Assembly: GCF_039919315.1 (NCBI RefSeq)
Contig: NZ_JBDSFX010000053.1
Span: 1,120-65,119 of the forward strand
Direction: 5' to 3'
DNA length: 64,000 nucleotides
DNA from: Dyadobacter sp.
GTDB taxonomy: Bacteria > Bacteroidota > Bacteroidia > Cytophagales > Spirosomataceae
In this document: positions 59,311 through 64,000 of the stretch, one piece after another
Layout of the letters: the number at the start of each line of letters is the position of its first letter
How positions within the stretch are numbered: the stretch's first letter is position 1
Position numbers and translations under genes: made by a program
The notes under the pieces: generated by a model
What the model was told of the DNA's origin: nothing
The model's database searches: none
Seen by the model: only the letters and a program-made list of their open reading frames with translations

Positions 59311-61620
59311 ATGAAAAGAATAATATTACGTTTCAACCGCTGGGCACTGGCCGCATTTACATTGTGGTCAGCAAGCGCAATTGCCCAGCATGCACCTACT
59401 CAGCCTTATCAGGGGAAAATTGGGAAGACAGTTGCAGACACGCAGCAGTCGTGGCCGGAAAAGAAAAAAGCACCCAAAGGCGCGCCGAATGTGGTTTGGA
59501 TTTTGCTGGACGACATAGGTTATGGAGCAGTGAGCACATTCGGTGGACTCATTAATACGCCTACACTGGACAGTCTCGCCAATAATGGTTTACGATATAC
59601 CAATTTCCATACGACCGCGATTTGCGCACCAACCCGCGCGGCATTACTCACGGGACGCAACCAGCATTCGGCGCATATGGGATTATTCCCTGAAACTGCG
59701 ATCGGTACGCCAGGTTACGACGCGATTATGCCTTTTGAAAAAGCGACCATTGCGGAAATCCTGAAAGACAATGGGTACAACACGTTTGCATTAGGAAAAT
59801 GGCACATTACGCCGCTGGCCGATCTTACACCGTCCGGGCCATTTAACCGCTGGCCAACCGGACGAGGGTTTGAACAGTTTTACGGATTCCCATCCCGCGG
59901 CAGCATTGACCAGTGGCACCCCGAGCTATGGGAAGGTACCCATCGTGAACCGGATCGTCAGGATGGCAAGCATTTCAATGAATTACTGGCCAATCGGGCG
60001 ATCAGGTATTTGTCCGGACAAAAATCAGGCAACCCTGACAAGCCATTTTTCCTTTACATCGCTACCGGTGCAGGCCATGCGCCACATCAGGTTGCAAAGC
60101 AATGGTCGGACAAGTACAAAGGGAAATTTGACGGTGGCTGGGACGAGTACCGCGAAAAGGTGCTTGCCAATCAGATCAAACTGGGTGTAGTACCAAAAAA
60201 CACGAAATTGACAGACCGTAATGCGGGAATCAAGGCTTGGAATACGCTTTCGGCGGACGAGAAGAAGCTATACGCACGGTTTATGGAAACCTATGCGGGA
60301 TTCCTGGAATATACAGATTACGAAATTGGTCGGGTGATCAAGCATATCAAAGATTCCGGGCAACTGGATAATACTTTGGTGATCGTTTCGGTGGGCGATA
60401 ATGGAGCAAGTAAGGAAGGAACATTTGTAGGGACGGTCAATAATTTCGGCGCGGAATTGCCGGAGGAACAAAGGCTTAAAAAGAACCTGGAACAGATTGA
60501 CCTGATCGGTACCGAGTTTTCAAAAGTGAATTATCCACTGGGATGGGCGGCTGCCACCAATGTTCCGTTTCGGCAATGGAAGCAGGATGCGAATGCTGAG
60601 GGCGGCACGCATAATCCTTTAATCGTTTTTTATCCAAAAGGCATTCAGGAAAAAGGGGGGATTAGGAACCAGTACGGTCACGTGATTGATATTTTGCCTA
60701 CTACTTTGGAACTGACGAACATCAAGGCGCCGACGGCTGTGAATGGTATCAAACAAGATCCGATTGAGGGTACAAGCCTGGTTTATAGCTTAAATGACGC
60801 TGCCGCTAAAAATCGTCACCTTGTTCAGTATTATGAGATCAAAGGTTCAAGATCGATCTACAAAGACGGCTGGAAAGCTGGCGCATTGCACGTGAGAGGC
60901 CAGGAGTTTGAGAAAGACAAATGGGAGCTTTATAACCTGACTGAGGATTTTAATGAAGCCAATGATCTTGCCACTACCCAGCCTGCCAAGTTGAAAAAGC
61001 TGCGGGCATTGTTTGAAAGCGAGGCTACGAAGTATAATGTGTACCCGTTGAAAGACGGTACTGAGCCTTTTACTTTGCCAACGGCTTATAATGATGTGGA
61101 CAAAGTCGTGCTCTATCCCGGCCAGTCTACGATCATTGACATTGGCAGTCCGTTTGCGCTGAAACGTTCATTTTCCCTGGTAGCGGATGTGGAAAATCTG
61201 GGAGTAGAAACGGAAGGTGTGTTATTGTCACGCGGAGGCAGCGTGGGCGGTCTGAGCTTTTTTATTCAAAACCATAAGTTGCAGTTTGTCTATGCGGTTG
61301 GCGATGGGACGAAATATACGGCAAGTTCCGAAAATACCACGCTTCCGATCGGCAAGGCGGAATTGAAAGTCAGTGTGAAATATGATCAGAATGGTACGGG
61401 GTTGATCAGTTTGTATGCCAATAATATCAAAGTAGGCGAGACCTCTATTGGAAAAACTTCGGACGCATTGTACCTGCATGAAGGAGTGAATGTCGGTTTT
61501 GACGACCTGACACCGGTAGGGGATACCTATAAAGTGCCTTTTACCTATACGGGCAAAATCACTAAGGTGACTATTGATCTGGACCAGGACCAGCAGGCGC
61601 AATTGCGGACTGGGAAATGA
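59311..61620 (+). CDS. Arylsulfatase (S1 family, Cys-type) with C-terminal LamG-like domain
   Basis: PNVVWILLDDIG, CAPTRAALLTGRN, GKWH, HAPH; signal peptide from ATG 59311. Confidence 0.92.
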   Translation: MKRIILRFNRWALAAFTLWSASAIAQHAPTQPYQGKIGKTVADTQQSWPEKKKAPKGAPNVVWILLDDIGYGAVSTFGGLINTPTLDSLANNGLRYTNFHTTAICAPTRAALLTGRNQHSAHMGLFPETAIGTPGYDAIMPFEKATIAEILKDNGYNTFALGKWHITPLADLTPSGPFNRWPTGRGFEQFYGFPSRGSIDQWHPELWEGTHREPDRQDGKHFNELLANRAIRYLSGQKSGNPDKPFFLYIATGAGHAPHQVAKQWSDKYKGKFDGGWDEYREKVLANQIKLGVVPKNTKLTDRNAGIKAWNTLSADEKKLYARFMETYAGFLEYTDYEIGRVIKHIKDSGQLDNTLVIVSVGDNGASKEGTFVGTVNNFGAELPEEQRLKKNLEQIDLIGTEFSKVNYPLGWAAATNVPFRQWKQDANAEGGTHNPLIVFYPKGIQEKGGIRNQYGHVIDILPTTLELTNIKAPTAVNGIKQDPIEGTSLVYSLNDAAAKNRHLVQYYEIKGSRSIYKDGWKAGALHVRGQEFEKDKWELYNLTEDFNEANDLATTQPAKLKKLRALFESEATKYNVYPLKDGTEPFTLPTAYNDVDKVVLYPGQSTIIDIGSPFALKRSFSLVADVENLGVETEGVLLSRGGSVGGLSFFIQNHKLQFVYAVGDGTKYTASSENTTLPIGKAELKVSVKYDQNGTGLISLYANNIKVGETSIGKTSDALYLHEGVNVGFDDLTPVGDTYKVPFTYTGKITKVTIDLDQDQQAQLRTGK

Positions 61621-61759
61621 TTGTCAGGACACCGCAATAGAGGAATGTCAAATCGCATGATGTTACATGTCTGACGGCATTTTAAAATAAAATGTCACAT
61701 TTAATACACCTAAATCGCGTAGCGACGTACCATCGATACCAAACGGACCAACAATTCGA

Positions 61760-63580
61760 ATGAACAAACAACTGGTAACAATCTTCTTAGCAATATTCAT
61801 TTTCGGCGAAATCAATGCGCAGGATCGTCCGAACATCCTGTGGATTGTAAGCGAGGATAATACCACGATGCTAGGCAGTTACGGCGACAAATTCGCGACT
61901 ACGCCTAACCTGGACAAATTTGCTTCCGAAAGCATCCGGTACAAAAATGCATTCTCGACCGCACCGGTGTGTGCGCCTTCGCGTAACACATTGATCACAG
62001 GCATGTACCCGCCTTCCCTAGGCACAGAACATATGCGGAGCGAATATCCGGTACCTGATTTTGTGAGATTCTTTCCCAGGTATTTGCGGGAAGCAGGTTA
62101 CTATACGACCAACAATGCCAAAAAAGATTACAACACGGACGATCAGTCTGCGGAAGCGTGGGACGAATCGAGCAACAAGGCTACTTACAAAAACCGCAAG
62201 CCCGGTCAGCCTTTTTTCGCTGTTTTTAATCTGAATGTTTCGCATGAAAGTTCATTGCACGAGCCCGTGGCATCATTACATCACGACCCAGAGAAAGTGG
62301 TTTTGCCGCCTTACCATCCGGCCACTCCCGAGCTGAAACACGATTGGGCGCAGTACTACGACAAGCTGGAAGAAATGGACCGGCAGTTTGCGCAGCTTTT
62401 GAAGGAATTGCAGGATGAAGGCCTGGCCGAAAACACGATTGTTTTTTACTATGCAGATAATGGTGGCGTGCTGGCTCGTAGCAAGCGGTTTATGTACGAA
62501 TCAGGTCTGCATGTACCATTGATCATTCATCTACCTCCAAAGTATGCTCATTTAGCTAAGGAAAAACAAGGGACGGTGTCGGACAGGCTGGTCACTTTTC
62601 TGGACTTCGCGCCTACGGTTTTGAGTCTTACGGATATCAAAGTTCCTGACTATATGCAAGGCGGTGCTTTTTTAGGGAAACAGCAGAAACCGGAATCAGA
62701 GTATGCGTATGGCTTTCGCGGCAGAATGGACGAGCGGATTGACATGTCGAGATCGGTTCGTGATAAGAAATATCGTTACATCCGGAATTATTTGCCCAAT
62801 AAAATTTACGGTCAGTACCTGGAATATCTGTGGCGTGCGCCGTCGGTGAAATCCTGGGAGGATGCTTACAAAGCGGGAAAACTGAATGCTGATCAGTCGA
62901 AATTCTGGGAGGCGAAGCCTGCCGAGGAGCTATTCGATGTGGATGCTGACCCGCATAACATTCGTAACCTTGCCGGTGACGCGAAGTATAAGTCGGAACT
63001 CGTGCGCATGCGAAAAGCGAATGATCAATGGGTTCGAAAATTGAAAGATGTAGGGTTTATCCCGGAAGCAATACTTTATGAAATCGCGAAGGAAACACCG
63101 CTGTACGATTATGCAAGAAGCGGCCAATACGATCTGGAAAAGATCATTGCCACGGCTGACATTGCGTCTTCACGAAATCCTGCGCATTCAAAAGAATTGA
63201 TTAAAAGGCTCACCGACAATGATCCAGCGGTAAGATACTGGGCGGCGACCGGCCTGGCTGTCTTGAACGATGGTTCAGCGAAAGATTTGTTGAAAAAGTG
63301 CCTGAGTGACTCGGAGGCTGCTGTTCGGATTGCGGCAGCAGAAGCATTATATGTAACAAACACCGACAAACCGGGCGCGGTAGCAGCGTTAACAGAAGCT
63401 TTGAAAAGCGACAATCCTTATGTTCGCCTGCAGGCATTAAACATTTTGGATTTGATCGGTCAGGACGCAAAACCGGCGCTGGAACTGGTCAAGAAAATAG
63501 CAGATCAGAAGGCTGAAATGTTTGATTATGATATTCGTGCGGCGAAGGTGCTTTTGGAGAATTTAGGGAAGAGTGAATAA
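61760..63580 (+). CDS. Sulfatase (S1 family, Cys-type) with C-terminal HEAT repeats
   Basis: PNILWIVSED, CAPSRNTLITG; C-terminal DPAVRYWAA, EAAVRIAAAEAL, NPYVRLQAL. Confidence 0.9.
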   Translation: MNKQLVTIFLAIFIFGEINAQDRPNILWIVSEDNTTMLGSYGDKFATTPNLDKFASESIRYKNAFSTAPVCAPSRNTLITGMYPPSLGTEHMRSEYPVPDFVRFFPRYLREAGYYTTNNAKKDYNTDDQSAEAWDESSNKATYKNRKPGQPFFAVFNLNVSHESSLHEPVASLHHDPEKVVLPPYHPATPELKHDWAQYYDKLEEMDRQFAQLLKELQDEGLAENTIVFYYADNGGVLARSKRFMYESGLHVPLIIHLPPKYAHLAKEKQGTVSDRLVTFLDFAPTVLSLTDIKVPDYMQGGAFLGKQQKPESEYAYGFRGRMDERIDMSRSVRDKKYRYIRNYLPNKIYGQYLEYLWRAPSVKSWEDAYKAGKLNADQSKFWEAKPAEELFDVDADPHNIRNLAGDAKYKSELVRMRKANDQWVRKLKDVGFIPEAILYEIAKETPLYDYARSGQYDLEKIIATADIASSRNPAHSKELIKRLTDNDPAVRYWAATGLAVLNDGSAKDLLKKCLSDSEAAVRIAAAEALYVTNTDKPGAVAALTEALKSDNPYVRLQALNILDLIGQDAKPALELVKKIADQKAEMFDYDIRAAKVLLENLGKSE

Positions 63581-63784
63581 CTATTGCTTAGACTTTTCAT
63601 GAAATCCAGTCCAATCTACTTTTTCGAGAATTTCCGTCATACGCCGGTTCTTTTCCTTGAAGAAAGGATCCTCGGCTAATCGTGCAAATAGGGCCTCATT
63701 AATTTCAGGAAAAGAATCATCTGGGGTAACCTTCCCTATTAATTCCTTGCTTGCTTTTTGCGATTTTTCTTTTGTGGGCGGCAT
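63581..63784 (-). CDS. Small hypothetical protein, 67 aa
   Basis: ORF track; supported by a paralog immediately upstream sharing LF...A..PFFK.K...L.KVDW...EKS. Confidence 0.7.
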   Translation of the reverse strand: MPPTKEKSQKASKELIGKVTPDDSFPEINEALFARLAEDPFFKEKNRRMTEILEKVDWTGFHEKSKQ

Positions 63785-63870
63785 AATGTGTGTGACTTAA
63801 AGAATTTAATTTACGAATTTGAATGAATACGGCTCGTATGGCCAATGAGTTTCGTTAGAAATACCTACTT

Positions 63871-64000
63871 CTACGATTTTTCAGAAATCTGGGACCAATC
63901 TACCTTTGACAACGCTTCCTCGGCTTCCTGATGTTTTCTCTTGAAGAATGGTGACTGAGCCATAATTTCAAAGAGTGTCTCGTCGGAGAGATGAGAAGGA
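63871..64000 (-). CDS. Partial small hypothetical protein (5' end beyond window), paralog of 63581..63784
   Basis: My translation of 63999 to 63871: ...PSHLSDETLFEIMAQSPFFKRKHQEAEEALSKVDWSQISEKS*. Confidence 0.7.
   Translation of the reverse strand, partial: PSHLSDETLFEIMAQSPFFKRKHQEAEEALSKVDWSQISEKS

Overview
64 kb of Bacteroidota chromosome (ECF/FecR/SusC/SusD cassettes and gene style suggest Cytophagales, e.g. a Dyadobacter-like organism; this is inference). Almost all genes are on the + strand. No rRNA, tRNA, CRISPR array, IS element or phage gene was recognised. Blocks: (1) RND permease; (2) about 3.6-15.7 kb, a sphingolipid locus: spt, GNAT ceramide-synthase-like, SDR ceramide-reductase-like and OM barrel genes, then a head-group module (nucleotidyltransferase, ATP-grasp, CDP-alcohol phosphotransferase, LPG-synthase-TM, HAD, PfkB, DUF4833) with no inositol-3-phosphate synthase; (3) a coupled carboxy-SAM synthase (CmoA) and ICMT/LmtA-like membrane methyltransferase pair, then ndh; (4) 18.7-29.2 kb, a tight cluster of a GAF protein with cryptic class III nucleotide-cyclase motifs, an HD/Pycsar-effector fusion, ppk1, an SdiA-regulated propeller and a phosphatase-kinase-Omp85 fusion; (5) two-component genes; (6) an ECF-controlled PUL with no CAZyme; (7) Tat-type SelA-like enzyme, sensor kinases and a frameshifted AraC; (8) a SusC/SusD/three-sulfatase locus with strong Met/Cys depletion, preceded by a palindromic operator and an unannotated Cys-Cys leader peptide; (9) tandem small paralogous ORFs at the right edge. 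Family assignments come from motif recognition by eye, not database searches.
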